Below, in pieces: positions 7,080 through 14,633 of a stretch of 37,017 nt of DNA. The notes beneath the pieces are model-generated. The model made no database searches. It was not told the origin of the DNA and saw only the letters and a list, made by a program, of their open reading frames with translations. The stretch's first letter is position 1. Every line of letters begins with the position of its first letter. The translations under genes and the position numbers were made by a program. The DNA is from a virus: positions 1 to 37,017 of the IMG/VR virus record IMGVR_UViG_3300048687_000120. The stretch is one strand, 5' to 3'.

Positions 7080-8009
7080 ATGACGCGAATCGACAGAACG
7101 CCGCTGCCCGCGTTGTCCGGGCCGCCGGGCGACCGGCTCGAGGTCGTCTCCGCCTTCGACGAGGAGATCCCCTACCAGGCGTGGCGCGCGGAGCTGTACG
7201 TGCCGCCGACGTTCCGCCCGGGCCAGGTGGCCATCACCTATGTGGTGGTGAACCAGAAGGGCGGCGCGGGCAAGACGATCACCACCGTCGAACTGGCGGC
7301 GGCGTGGGCGGCACGGGGCCGGCGGGTGCGGGTCATCGACGCCGACCACCAGGAGGCGGCGCTGTCGATGTGGCTGCTGCCGCAGTACCCGGAAGGTGCG
7401 CCGCGGCACTCGCTGCGGTCGGTGTTCTTCGACGAGGCGAGCCTGGCCGAGGCCACCTATCCGACCCGGTTCGCCGGGATCGACATCGTGCCGTCCGGGA
7501 TGGACCTGCAGCGGGTGGAGTACGAGCGGCCGATCGGCGCCGAGTCCGCGCTGGCGCAGGCCCTGGCCGCGGAGGAGGCGGACGCGGGCGGCCGCGCCCC
7601 CTACGACGTGACGCTGATCGATGCGGCGCCGTCGCTGGGCCTGGTCACGGTGGCCGCGCTGACCGCGGCCCGCAAGGCGCTGGTGCCGGTGAAGGTGGGC
7701 GGCCTGGACCTGAAGGCGATGGCGTCGCTGCACAAGACGATCCGCAGCGTGCAGCGCAAGACCAACCCGAAGCTCGGGGTGGACGCGGTGTTCCTGACCG
7801 CGTGGGACAAGAGCGACTTTGCCCGGCAGCTGGCGGCCCAGGTGAGCCAGGACTACCCGGAGGCGGTCGTGGTGCCGGTGCGGCGCAGTATCCGGGCGGC
7901 CGAGGCGCCGCTGTCGGAGGAGCCGGTGCGCCTGTACGCGCCGAAGTCGACGACGGCGTCCGACTACGACCAGGCGGCCGACGTGCTGCTCGAGGGGGTG
8001 GCCCGGTGA
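7080..8009 (+). CDS. parA: ParA/Soj-family partition ATPase
   Basis: From ATG 7080: …VAITYVVVNQKGGAGKTITTVELAAAWAARGRRVRVIDADHQ… (deviant Walker A KGGxGK[ST]). The track ORF is extended upstream to 6777. Confidence 0.85.
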   Translation: MTRIDRTPLPALSGPPGDRLEVVSAFDEEIPYQAWRAELYVPPTFRPGQVAITYVVVNQKGGAGKTITTVELAAAWAARGRRVRVIDADHQEAALSMWLLPQYPEGAPRHSLRSVFFDEASLAEATYPTRFAGIDIVPSGMDLQRVEYERPIGAESALAQALAAEEADAGGRAPYDVTLIDAAPSLGLVTVAALTAARKALVPVKVGGLDLKAMASLHKTIRSVQRKTNPKLGVDAVFLTAWDKSDFARQLAAQVSQDYPEAVVVPVRRSIRAAEAPLSEEPVRLYAPKSTTASDYDQAADVLLEGVAR

Positions 8010-8950
8010 GCGCGCGGCGCCTGCTGACACTGCCGTCCACGGTCAGCGAGGAGAGCGAGGAGAGTGAGGAGTCCGGCGGCCAGCTCGGGCTGCCCGGGCA
8101 GGCCACGGGGGTGGTGGCCGAGTTGACCGGGGCCGATGTCTCCTCGGTGGTGTCGGTGCAGCAGCTGCCCGCCCCCTACGACGTGGCCGCCGAGGTTGCG
8201 GGGCCGCTCAGTGCGAAGGAGCGCGGCGACCTCGAGCTGTGCGAGCAGGCGCTGCACGGCTTCCGCAAGGCGCTGATCGTGGCGGGCAAGGCGCTGGAGG
8301 TCATCAAGCGGGGGCGGCTGTACCGGGAGACGCACGCGACGTTCGAGGACTACGTGATGGAGGCGTGGGGGTTCAAGCGGGCGCACGCCTACCGGCTGAT
8401 CGACGGGTGGCCGGTGGCCGCCGCGATGTCTCCAATTGGAGACATCAACGAGGCGCAGGCCCGCACGCTGCTGCCGGCCTGGAGGGGGCACGGGCCGGAT
8501 GCCACGGCCGTGCTGTACCGGGAGGTGCGCGAGCTCAGCGGCGGGAAGGTGACCGCGGCCGCGCTCGAGCAGGCGGTGCAGGTACTGCCCAAGCGGCTCG
8601 CCGCACCGGAGCAGGCGGCCGACGTGCTGCGGGTGGCCGCCGCCGAGGGCCGGGTGCCGCTGATCGTGCCGCCGCGTGTCGCGGCGCGGGCCGTCGTCGA
8701 CGAGCCGGCCGGGGACGAGGCCACGGACCCCGGGGTGGAGGCCATGGCGGTGCTCGAGGCCGCCCTGGCGCAGCAGCGGCAGATCTACGACCGGCTCGCC
8801 GGGGTGGTGCCCGCCGCGCTCGCCTTCGATCCGGGGCGGGCCGAGGTGTTGCTGGCCGAGCTGCGCCAGTACGCGAAGCGCACCGGCTATCGGGCGAAGG
8901 GTCGGAGCAAGGGCGGGGGAACACCGGAGGAGGATCAGGGGGAGGATTGA
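8006..8950 (+). CDS. ParB-like / HTH centromere-binding partner candidate
   Basis: GTG 8006 overlaps the parA stop (GTGA). Contains …IKRGRLYRETHATFEDYVMEAWGFKRAHAYRLIDGW…, which resembles ParB/KorB-type HTH regions. No clear ParB N-terminal GERRxR box seen. Confidence 0.5.
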   Translation: MSARRLLTLPSTVSEESEESEESGGQLGLPGQATGVVAELTGADVSSVVSVQQLPAPYDVAAEVAGPLSAKERGDLELCEQALHGFRKALIVAGKALEVIKRGRLYRETHATFEDYVMEAWGFKRAHAYRLIDGWPVAAAMSPIGDINEAQARTLLPAWRGHGPDATAVLYREVRELSGGKVTAAALEQAVQVLPKRLAAPEQAADVLRVAAAEGRVPLIVPPRVAARAVVDEPAGDEATDPGVEAMAVLEAALAQQRQIYDRLAGVVPAALAFDPGRAEVLLAELRQYAKRTGYRAKGRSKGGGTPEEDQGED

Positions 8951-8972
8951 CCTGCAGACGCGGGGGCGCATG

Positions 8973-9015
8973 CGAAGGGCCCGTTACCTCGGGGGTCGGG
9001 GTGACGGGCCCTTCG
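8973..9015. terminator. Bidirectional terminator hairpin (12-bp perfect stem)
   Basis: CGAAGGGCCCGT (8973-8984) / ACGGGCCCTTCG (9004-9015), between convergent stops at 8950 and 9028. Confidence 0.65.
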
Positions 9016-9027
9016 TCGTGTCCGGAC

Positions 9028-9684
9028 TCAGGCGGTGAGGTCGGGCTGGCCGAGTGCCATCCAGGTGTCGAGCCACTGGGTGGGGTCCAGCTCGGTACGG
9101 CAGGTGCGGCAGGAGGCGAGGCGCCGGGCGTGGTCGTAGCGCATCCGCCCGTCGCAGCGGTCGCCGTCGGGAAGTTCGGCCGGGCACGGCACGGCGGGCG
9201 GGCGGGGGGCCCCGCCGGTCACCGCGGTCATCTCCTCGACGACCTTGCCGAGTTCGTCGTCGAGGAGGCGCAGGTCGCATCCCTGGACCGCCCATGACAG
9301 GTGCCGGCGGATGCCGCGCAGCGCCAGGCGGAGGCGGCCGTCCGCGCCGGTGGGCATCAGCTGCGGGGCGAACCCGCGGGCCGCGGAGATGTCGGCGTAG
9401 CGCCAGTACAGGCGGGTCGGGACGCCGCCCGGGCCGATCAGGTTGAGGACCTGTTCGGCGGCCGGGAGCGGCGGGTGGGTGCTGCCGGAGACGCGGGGCC
9501 CGCCGTGCCCGCGGGTCGGCTCGAGGCTGTCGGACAGCTGCGCCCACAGGTCGGGAACCGCGTCGAGGCGGGCGGTGATGCGGGCCTCGCAGCGCGGGCA
9601 GGTGGTCCAGGTGGCCCGGTCGCCGTGCAGGCCGTGCCCGCAGATGGTGCAGACGTTCACGTGCACTCCCGTGTCAGGCAGCAA
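9028..9684 (-). CDS. Hypothetical protein with N- and C-terminal Cys4 zinc-ribbon-like motifs
   Basis: …VCTICGHG…TTCPRCEARI… and …CPAELPDGDRCDG…ASCRTCRTEL. The likely true start is GTG 9666 or 9660 (GGGAG SD). Confidence 0.55.
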   Translation of the reverse strand: MLPDTGVHVNVCTICGHGLHGDRATWTTCPRCEARITARLDAVPDLWAQLSDSLEPTRGHGGPRVSGSTHPPLPAAEQVLNLIGPGGVPTRLYWRYADISAARGFAPQLMPTGADGRLRLALRGIRRHLSWAVQGCDLRLLDDELGKVVEEMTAVTGGAPRPPAVPCPAELPDGDRCDGRMRYDHARRLASCRTCRTELDPTQWLDTWMALGQPDLTA

Positions 9685-10024
9685 GCTGCGGGCGGCGGAT
9701 GAGCTGGCGTATGAGGGCGGGGGCCGGGGCGCCGCGGCGCCGGCCGGTGGATCCGGCGCGGCACCGGCACGGGTGGCCGGAGCGGGCGGGCACGGCCGGC
9801 TGCGGCGCGCTGGGGTAGTCCAGGGCCAGCTCGAGGTCCTGCAGTTGGGGGTGGGTGATGCTCATCCATCCGGCGAGCCGGTGCAGGTGCTCGGGGTCGG
9901 CGCCGTGGTCGAGGTGGTCCTGGATCTGGCGGGCGATGCCGCGGACGGCGCAGGTGGAGCGGTCGGTGCCGTCGGCCCAGTAGCGGGCGATCCGTCGTGC
10001 GGTGGCGCTCACGGGCGTGTCCAT
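9674..10024 (-). CDS. Hypothetical protein
   Basis: 116-aa ORF with ATG 10024. The N-terminal two thirds look protein-like; the C-terminus is Arg/Pro-rich. Confidence 0.5.
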   Translation of the reverse strand: MDTPVSATARRIARYWADGTDRSTCAVRGIARQIQDHLDHGADPEHLHRLAGWMSITHPQLQDLELALDYPSAPQPAVPARSGHPCRCRAGSTGRRRGAPAPALIRQLIRRPQLAA

Positions 10025-10081
10025 CGGGGGGACGCTGCCTTTCTGTCAGTTGTTGATCAGAGCGGCCCCGCGCCTGGTTTC

Positions 10082-10110
10082 AGAGTGGCATGGATTTCCA
10101 GATGTGTTCC
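10082..10110 (-). promoter_or_regulatory. Candidate promoter PB (-35 GGAACA, 17-nt spacer, -10 CACTCT)
   Basis: Same 18-mer as at 4082-4099, with the same hexamer spacing. It lies about 55-80 nt upstream of ATG 10024. Confidence 0.45.
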
Positions 10111-10213
10111 CCCCGCTCCCCCTTGCCGAGCGATGGCCTGCGGGTATGGCGGAGGGCCCGCCCCGGTGTACGGGAACGGGCGCTCGCTGTCGGGCTGGTG
10201 GCGGTGCGTCAGG

Positions 10214-11572
10214 TCACGTCCATGCCGCTTCCTTCGCACCCTGCTGCGCCGGGACGGGTGCGGGCGGGGCCTGGAATCCCTCGGGGCCCGCCGCCTGCCA
10301 CGGCCAGCTGGCGCCCCGCATGAACCCCTCAGGCCAGTCGCGTTCGCTGCGGCTGCCACGCCACGGGTGCCAGCGGACCAGGCCCTCCTCCTCGGCGAAC
10401 TGGATCTCCTTGTTGGAGACCGGGGCGAGACCGAATCCGAACTCGGGCCAGCGCATCCACAGTGAGGAGCCGATGGGGCGATAGTCACGCTGCCGCTCGC
10501 CCCCGGCACGGTGTGGGGCGTGTGCCTCGATCAGCATGGCCGCGCCGTTGGAGGCGACCCTGACGGACTCCAGGGCGGACATGAGGGTGCGGGCGACTTC
10601 TTCGTCATTGGGGTTGCCGCCGGCGAGCTTGTACAGCGGACCGATGGCGATCATGTCGGGGGTGTTGCGCTCGACCAGGCGCAGCAGCCGGGCCCGGTCG
10701 CCGGGGTTGTTCAGGTCCAGGCCGCCCTCGATGACCTCAACTTTGAAGTTGTTGAGCAGGTCGCCCACGTCGCCGTCCAGTTCCTGGCGGGCTGCCTGCT
10801 GCATGCTGCGCAGCCACGGCCGGACCTGCGATCTGCTGTTCTCGACGTCGACCAGGAGCACGCGCTTGGGCACGATGCGGGCTTTCTTCCAGGGGTGCAG
10901 GCCTGCTGCGGTGCGCATGAGCAGCTGCCGGTTGAACAGGGACTTGCCGCCGCCCTCGGGTGCGGTGACGATGAGCCGGTCCCACCGGGCGAGGACGCCG
11001 GGGATGACCCACTCGGGTTCGTCGTCGGCCTCGTCCAGGAACTCGCCCAGGGTCGGCGTCGGAGTGTCGGTGGCTGCCATGCCCCGGTCGCGGACCGCCC
11101 GCAGCCGTTCGACGCCATCCTCCAGCACCTCGGTGACGTCGCCCTGGCGCGCGAACAGGGCCTGCACGGTGCGGGTCGACTCCTCGATCCCACCGCGAGC
11201 GGCCGCGTGCTCGGCGACGATCTCGGCATAGTGCTCGGACTGGCCGGGAGTGGACACGCTCCGCACCAGTTCGTGCAGATAGCTAGGGCCGCCCATCCGG
11301 TAGATGTCGCCGCTCTTGGTGAGCTCGGCCGCGACCGTGATCGGGTCCGCCTGCTCCTGCCCGCGGGCATGCACCGTCAGGATCGCGTCGTACACGGTCT
11401 GATGGGCGGGCTTGTAGAACTCGGTGCCGCTGGTCAGGATGCGGGACACCTCGGCGACGGCGTCTCTGGACAGCAGCATGCCGCCGAGGATGGCCTGCTC
11501 GGCGTCCAGGTCCTGCGGGGGCAGCCGCTCGAACGGCATCGGGGGTGCGGTGTCGTCGAAGTCTGGTTCCAT
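10214..11572 (-). CDS. Replicative helicase-like protein: DnaB N-terminal domain fused to a RecA-like (AAA_25/RepA-type) ATPase
   Basis: From ATG 11572 (SD GGAGA): …PPQDLDAEQAILGGMLLSRDAV…YKPAHQTVYDAI… (DnaB-N), then …LIVTAPEGGGKSLFNRQL… (Walker A) and …VLLVDVEN… (Walker B-like). Confidence 0.75.
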   Translation of the reverse strand: MEPDFDDTAPPMPFERLPPQDLDAEQAILGGMLLSRDAVAEVSRILTSGTEFYKPAHQTVYDAILTVHARGQEQADPITVAAELTKSGDIYRMGGPSYLHELVRSVSTPGQSEHYAEIVAEHAAARGGIEESTRTVQALFARQGDVTEVLEDGVERLRAVRDRGMAATDTPTPTLGEFLDEADDEPEWVIPGVLARWDRLIVTAPEGGGKSLFNRQLLMRTAAGLHPWKKARIVPKRVLLVDVENSRSQVRPWLRSMQQAARQELDGDVGDLLNNFKVEVIEGGLDLNNPGDRARLLRLVERNTPDMIAIGPLYKLAGGNPNDEEVARTLMSALESVRVASNGAAMLIEAHAPHRAGGERQRDYRPIGSSLWMRWPEFGFGLAPVSNKEIQFAEEEGLVRWHPWRGSRSERDWPEGFMRGASWPWQAAGPEGFQAPPAPVPAQQGAKEAAWT

Positions 11573-11658
11573 GGTGGGGGATCTCCTGTTCGGATCACAA
11601 GCTGGCAGGGGGTTCGGCGGGCCGGCCCCGGCATGGGCCGGCCCGCACACATGTCCGG

Positions 11659-12669
11659 CTACAGACCGGAGCCGATGAACCTGCGTCGCGCGGGTGCGGC
11701 CACGGTCGCCTGCACCGCGGAGTACAGGCGCAGATCACGCACCCAGTTGGGCAGGCACTTGACCCAGGAGTCGGCGCCGCCGGTGTTCTTGAAGATGTCT
11801 GCCTCGAGCAGCTGCTGCTGGGCGTCGTCCATGTCGGCGATCTGCGGCCATCCCTGATCGCGCATCGCGCGCAGCAGCAACGGGGCGCACTTGCGGGCGG
11901 TAGCTGCCCCTGCCTGCCAGGTGGTCATCTGCTGCAGGAAGACCTCGGCGTTCCGGGTTTGCTCCGGAGAGAATCCCTCCCCCTCCGCTCGTTGCTGCGC
12001 CGTGCTCTTGGCGTGCGTGAGGGGGTTGGGGGAGGAGGAATCCTCCTCCTCCGGGGGGTGTGGGGGGGGAGCGTCCGATCCGGACAGGGTGTCCCGATCG
12101 GTCTGACCTGCGGCGTTGGGTGATTTCCGATCGGGACAGGGTGTCCCGATCGGCGCCGATCCGGACAGGGTGTCCCGATCGGCCTGACCTGCGCATCCGG
12201 ACAGGGTGTCCCGATCGGAAGCGGCGTTGGCCTCCCCATCGGGACAGGGTGTCCCGATCGGCCTGACCTGCAGTGCTTCCTGGACGCCGCCGCGGACATA
12301 GGCGGCGTTGTTGGCGGGGTTCCGGTAAACACGGAACACCCACTCGGGGCGCTTCGTCTCCGGGTTGTACTCCCGCTTGTGTTCCACGTGGCCGGCCTTC
12401 TTCAGCCGTCGCATGATCTTGCGGAGGTCGCGTTCGCTGAGCGTCCAGCCGCCCGTCCGGAACTCGTCGAGCAGGCCGAGGATGCTGGACGGCTGCTTCG
12501 GGTCACGGAGCAGCAGGCGGATGAGGACGCCGTAGTCGTCGAAGTCGAGGTCCGGTGAGAGCGCGAGGGCGTACGGAATGACGACCTCCTCCGGCGGCTC
12601 CCACATCCGGATGACCCGGGTTGCGGCGAAGCCAGGACCAAAGGTGTCCTGCGTGGCGTCTTGCGCCAT
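11659..12669 (-). CDS. Replication initiator candidate (winged-helix-like N-domain; iteron-containing CDS)
   Basis: From ATG 12669 (SD AGGAA): …DDYGVLIRLLLRDPKQPSSILGLLDEFRTGGWTLSERDLRKIMRRLKKAGHVEHKR…. It lies immediately upstream of the helicase gene and contains the 5x20-bp repeat array. Confidence 0.55.
   Translation of the reverse strand: MAQDATQDTFGPGFAATRVIRMWEPPEEVVIPYALALSPDLDFDDYGVLIRLLLRDPKQPSSILGLLDEFRTGGWTLSERDLRKIMRRLKKAGHVEHKREYNPETKRPEWVFRVYRNPANNAAYVRGGVQEALQVRPIGTPCPDGEANAASDRDTLSGCAGQADRDTLSGSAPIGTPCPDRKSPNAAGQTDRDTLSGSDAPPPHPPEEEDSSSPNPLTHAKSTAQQRAEGEGFSPEQTRNAEVFLQQMTTWQAGAATARKCAPLLLRAMRDQGWPQIADMDDAQQQLLEADIFKNTGGADSWVKCLPNWVRDLRLYSAVQATVAAPARRRFIGSGL
12082..12261. repeat. 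Five exact 20-bp iterons GGACAGGGTGTCCCGATCGG (candidate origin of replication)
   Basis: Copies start at 12082, 12134, 12163, 12199 and 12242. Each is the core of a 23-25 bp near-palindrome (C/G)ATC(C/G)GGACA-GGG-TGTCCCGATCG. Confidence 0.7.
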
Positions 12670-12860
12670 GTGCTTGTTCCTATCGGGTAGGAGAAGCACC
12701 GAGATCCATGTCATCCCCGGCCTGCCTTCCCGCCCTTCCCGGTGGCGGGTACAGTCCTTGATGGGACCTACGTGGAACCCAGACTTCTCATTTGTTTCGT
12801 TTCCTGCGAGACGAGAGATGTGAACCGGCGGCTTCCCGGCCGACCAGTTCGGACGCATTC

Positions 12861-12890
12861 GATGCCCGGCGACTTCCCGCGCCGGGCATC
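12861..12890 (-). terminator. Hairpin after the Cro-like gene (11-bp stem)
   Basis: GATGCCCGGCG / CGCCGGGCATC with an 8-nt loop, 21 nt downstream of the stop at 12911. Confidence 0.55.
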
Positions 12891-12910
12891 AGCGCGTTCT
12901 GGGGGTGTTG

Positions 12911-13126
12911 CTACGCGCTGACGGGCGCCTTGATGCGCTTCGCCAGCTCGCCCTCCCAGTCCCCGCGGTGGATTCGCGTGGCCAGGTCGAACTGCATGGT
13001 GCGCACCTTCAGGCGCCCGTCACGCAGCATGGTCTTCAGGGTGCGCGGGTCGACGCCGATGACGGCCGCAGCCTCGGTCACCTTGATCCACTCGGGCTTG
13101 ATGTGGCTGGGTGTGCTGTACGGCAT
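12911..13126 (-). CDS. Small HTH DNA-binding protein (excisionase/MerR-like HTH_17 type; Cro-like position)
   Basis: 71 aa from ATG 13126 (SD GGGAGGGG): MPYSTPSHIKPEWIKVTEAAAVIGVDPRTLKTMLRDGRLKV…. Confidence 0.65.
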   Translation of the reverse strand: MPYSTPSHIKPEWIKVTEAAAVIGVDPRTLKTMLRDGRLKVRTMQFDLATRIHRGDWEGELAKRIKAPVSA

Positions 13127-13160
13127 GGCCCCTCCCGGGACGCGTTGAGGTCGTAACCAG

Positions 13161-13189
13161 ACACTCGCACAGATTTCACAAGACGTTCC
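13161..13189 (-). promoter_or_regulatory. Candidate promoter PC (-35 GGAACG, 17-nt spacer, -10 GAGTGT)
   Basis: Minus strand GAGGTGAGGGGGGAACGTC…GAGTGT. It has the same G-run + GGAAC + 17 nt + NANNNT architecture as PA and PB. Confidence 0.4.
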
Positions 13190-13193
13190 CCCC

Positions 13194-13643
13194 TCACCTC
13201 TGGCCATGATCTGCAGCCACGAGGCGAGGACTCTCGCCGCCCATTTCGTGTACGGCGCGCTGCACCGTTTCGACTGGATCGCCGAACGATGTCAGGTCGA
13301 ACCACTCGCCCCGTACGCGGTAGGCCGCGAACCGTCGGTGCAGTTCTCTCTCGTACTTCCCGGTCGTGGACCAAAGAAGAGAGAGCGTCATCGGCTGACC
13401 AGTTTGGAGGGCCGCCAGGCGTCTCTGTGGGTCCAGAGTGGTGTGCCCGATCTTGACAAGGTGGGTGTGCTCCGCGCCGATCAGGTACGTCCTGGGGACT
13501 TCCTGCATTCGCTGCCACTTGCGTTCCAAGGCCGATGCCCGACCGGGGAGCAGCGGACGAAAGCGCTCGTTGTTCTTCCTAGGCGCCTCGACACCTCCGA
13601 CGATGAGGTAGCGGCCCGGATCCTCATAGTCGTACTTCCGCAT
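13194..13643 (-). CDS. T5orf172 / GIY-YIG-superfamily (MUG113-like) domain protein
   Basis: 149 aa from ATG 13643: …TYLIGAEHTHLVKIGHTTLDPQRRLAALQTGQPMTLSLLWSTTGKYERELHRRFAAYRVRGEWFDL…. Confidence 0.65.
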   Translation of the reverse strand: MRKYDYEDPGRYLIVGGVEAPRKNNERFRPLLPGRASALERKWQRMQEVPRTYLIGAEHTHLVKIGHTTLDPQRRLAALQTGQPMTLSLLWSTTGKYERELHRRFAAYRVRGEWFDLTSFGDPVETVQRAVHEMGGESPRLVAADHGQR

Positions 13644-13647
13644 CCCG

Positions 13648-14451
13648 CTACTCCTTCGGCCGAACAGGCTGGACGGGCCACTCAGCATCGCCTCCGCGGA
13701 CCAAGTCGGAGACGAGCTCCACCCGGTCGCTCGGAATCACCTTCATCGTGACCTCGATAGGCGCGTCGGTCCGTGCCGAGTAGCCGACCATCGTCACCTC
13801 GAAGACAGGCAGCGCCGTCGCGATGGACAGCAGGTCCGCCTCCTCCTTGCTCGGCATGCGAGCACGGATGGTCTCGCGCCAGGAGATGGGCCCGTGGCCG
13901 GCATCTTCCAGGCGGTCGAGATATCCGCCAGGGCCGGTGTCCGGCTCGGCTACCTGGGGGGCGTCGGCAACGGCGGCGGGACTGATCCATGTGTCGACCA
14001 GCTGGAAGGCGGGCTCTCCCTTGGGGGCCATGACGCGACGCCGACGCAACACGGAAGCCCCCGCCTCCACGCCGAACGTGTCGGCGACGAGTGCGGGCAC
14101 GGGCTCGAGCGATCGGAACGGCTTGCCGAGCGGACCCCACGTCTCGGACGGATCGTGGGTGGCAGGGAAGACGTAGCCGTAGTGCGGGTTGCGGGTGACG
14201 GTCTGGCCACGGCGGATACGCCGGCGCCGGACGCGGTCCTGCAAGACGATGCCGCGGCGGTTCACCGAGCGGATGAGCCCCTCGGCCGCGACCATGTTCA
14301 CGGCCGAACGGATCGTTTCCCGCGCTACGTCGTACTGGTCGGTCAGGTCCGCGATGGTTGCGAGGACTTCGCCGGGCTGCTTCTCCCCGTTGAGAACTCG
14401 GGCTCGCAGATCGTCCGCGACTTCTCGCGCGGTTCGCTTCTTGGTGGTCAT
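13648..14451 (-). CDS. GntR/HutC-family transcriptional regulator (wHTH + UTRA-like C-domain); repressor candidate
   Basis: 267 aa: …VLATIADLTDQYDVARETIRSAVNMVAAEGLIRSVNRRGIVL… followed by a ~180-aa effector-type domain. It faces a divergent promoter/operator region. Confidence 0.8.
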   Translation of the reverse strand: MTTKKRTAREVADDLRARVLNGEKQPGEVLATIADLTDQYDVARETIRSAVNMVAAEGLIRSVNRRGIVLQDRVRRRRIRRGQTVTRNPHYGYVFPATHDPSETWGPLGKPFRSLEPVPALVADTFGVEAGASVLRRRRVMAPKGEPAFQLVDTWISPAAVADAPQVAEPDTGPGGYLDRLEDAGHGPISWRETIRARMPSKEEADLLSIATALPVFEVTMVGYSARTDAPIEVTMKVIPSDRVELVSDLVRGGDAEWPVQPVRPKE

Positions 14452-14458
14452 ACCGACA

Positions 14459-14510
14459 ACCCTAGCAGAGAACCTAGGTACTTGACGTTGAGACTAGGTT
14501 CTAATAGTGT
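14459..14510. promoter_or_regulatory. Divergent promoter/operator switch
   Basis: Rightward promoter: -35 TTGACG 14482-14487, 17-nt spacer, -10 TAGTGT 14505-14510. Leftward promoter: -10 TAGGGT (complement of 14459-14464), 7 nt before the GntR ATG (leaderless). 9-bp inverted repeat AGAACCTAG 14469-14477 / CTAGGTTCT 14494-14502 brackets the -35. ACCTAGGT 14472-14479 is itself a perfect palindrome. Confidence 0.6.
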
Positions 14511-14633
14511 CTGCCATGTCGGAAAGAGCGGCGGCCCAGTAACGCCGATAGGCCCAGGTGGTAACGACACCCAGGCCTATCGGGGGTCCCGAAGGACCCG
14601 GCGACCACGTCCTACCGCAATAGGAGTGACCGC

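Noticed and set aside
6597-8030. 477-aa minus-strand ORF antisense to parA
   Set aside because: It is an Arg/Pro/Gly-rich shadow ORF. The plus strand encodes an unmistakable ParA Walker A box.
8043-8070. GAGGAGAGC/GAGGAGAGT repeats encoding SEESEESEES near the start of the ParB-like gene
   Set aside because: This is a simple acidic low-complexity linker with only about three short units. There is no evidence that it is a cis-acting site.
12082-12261. The 5 x 20-bp repeat array as a possible CRISPR array
   Set aside because: The repeats are too short, the spacers (9-32 bp) are irregular and partly repeated themselves, the array lies inside an intact CDS, and there are no cas genes. It is interpreted as iterons instead.
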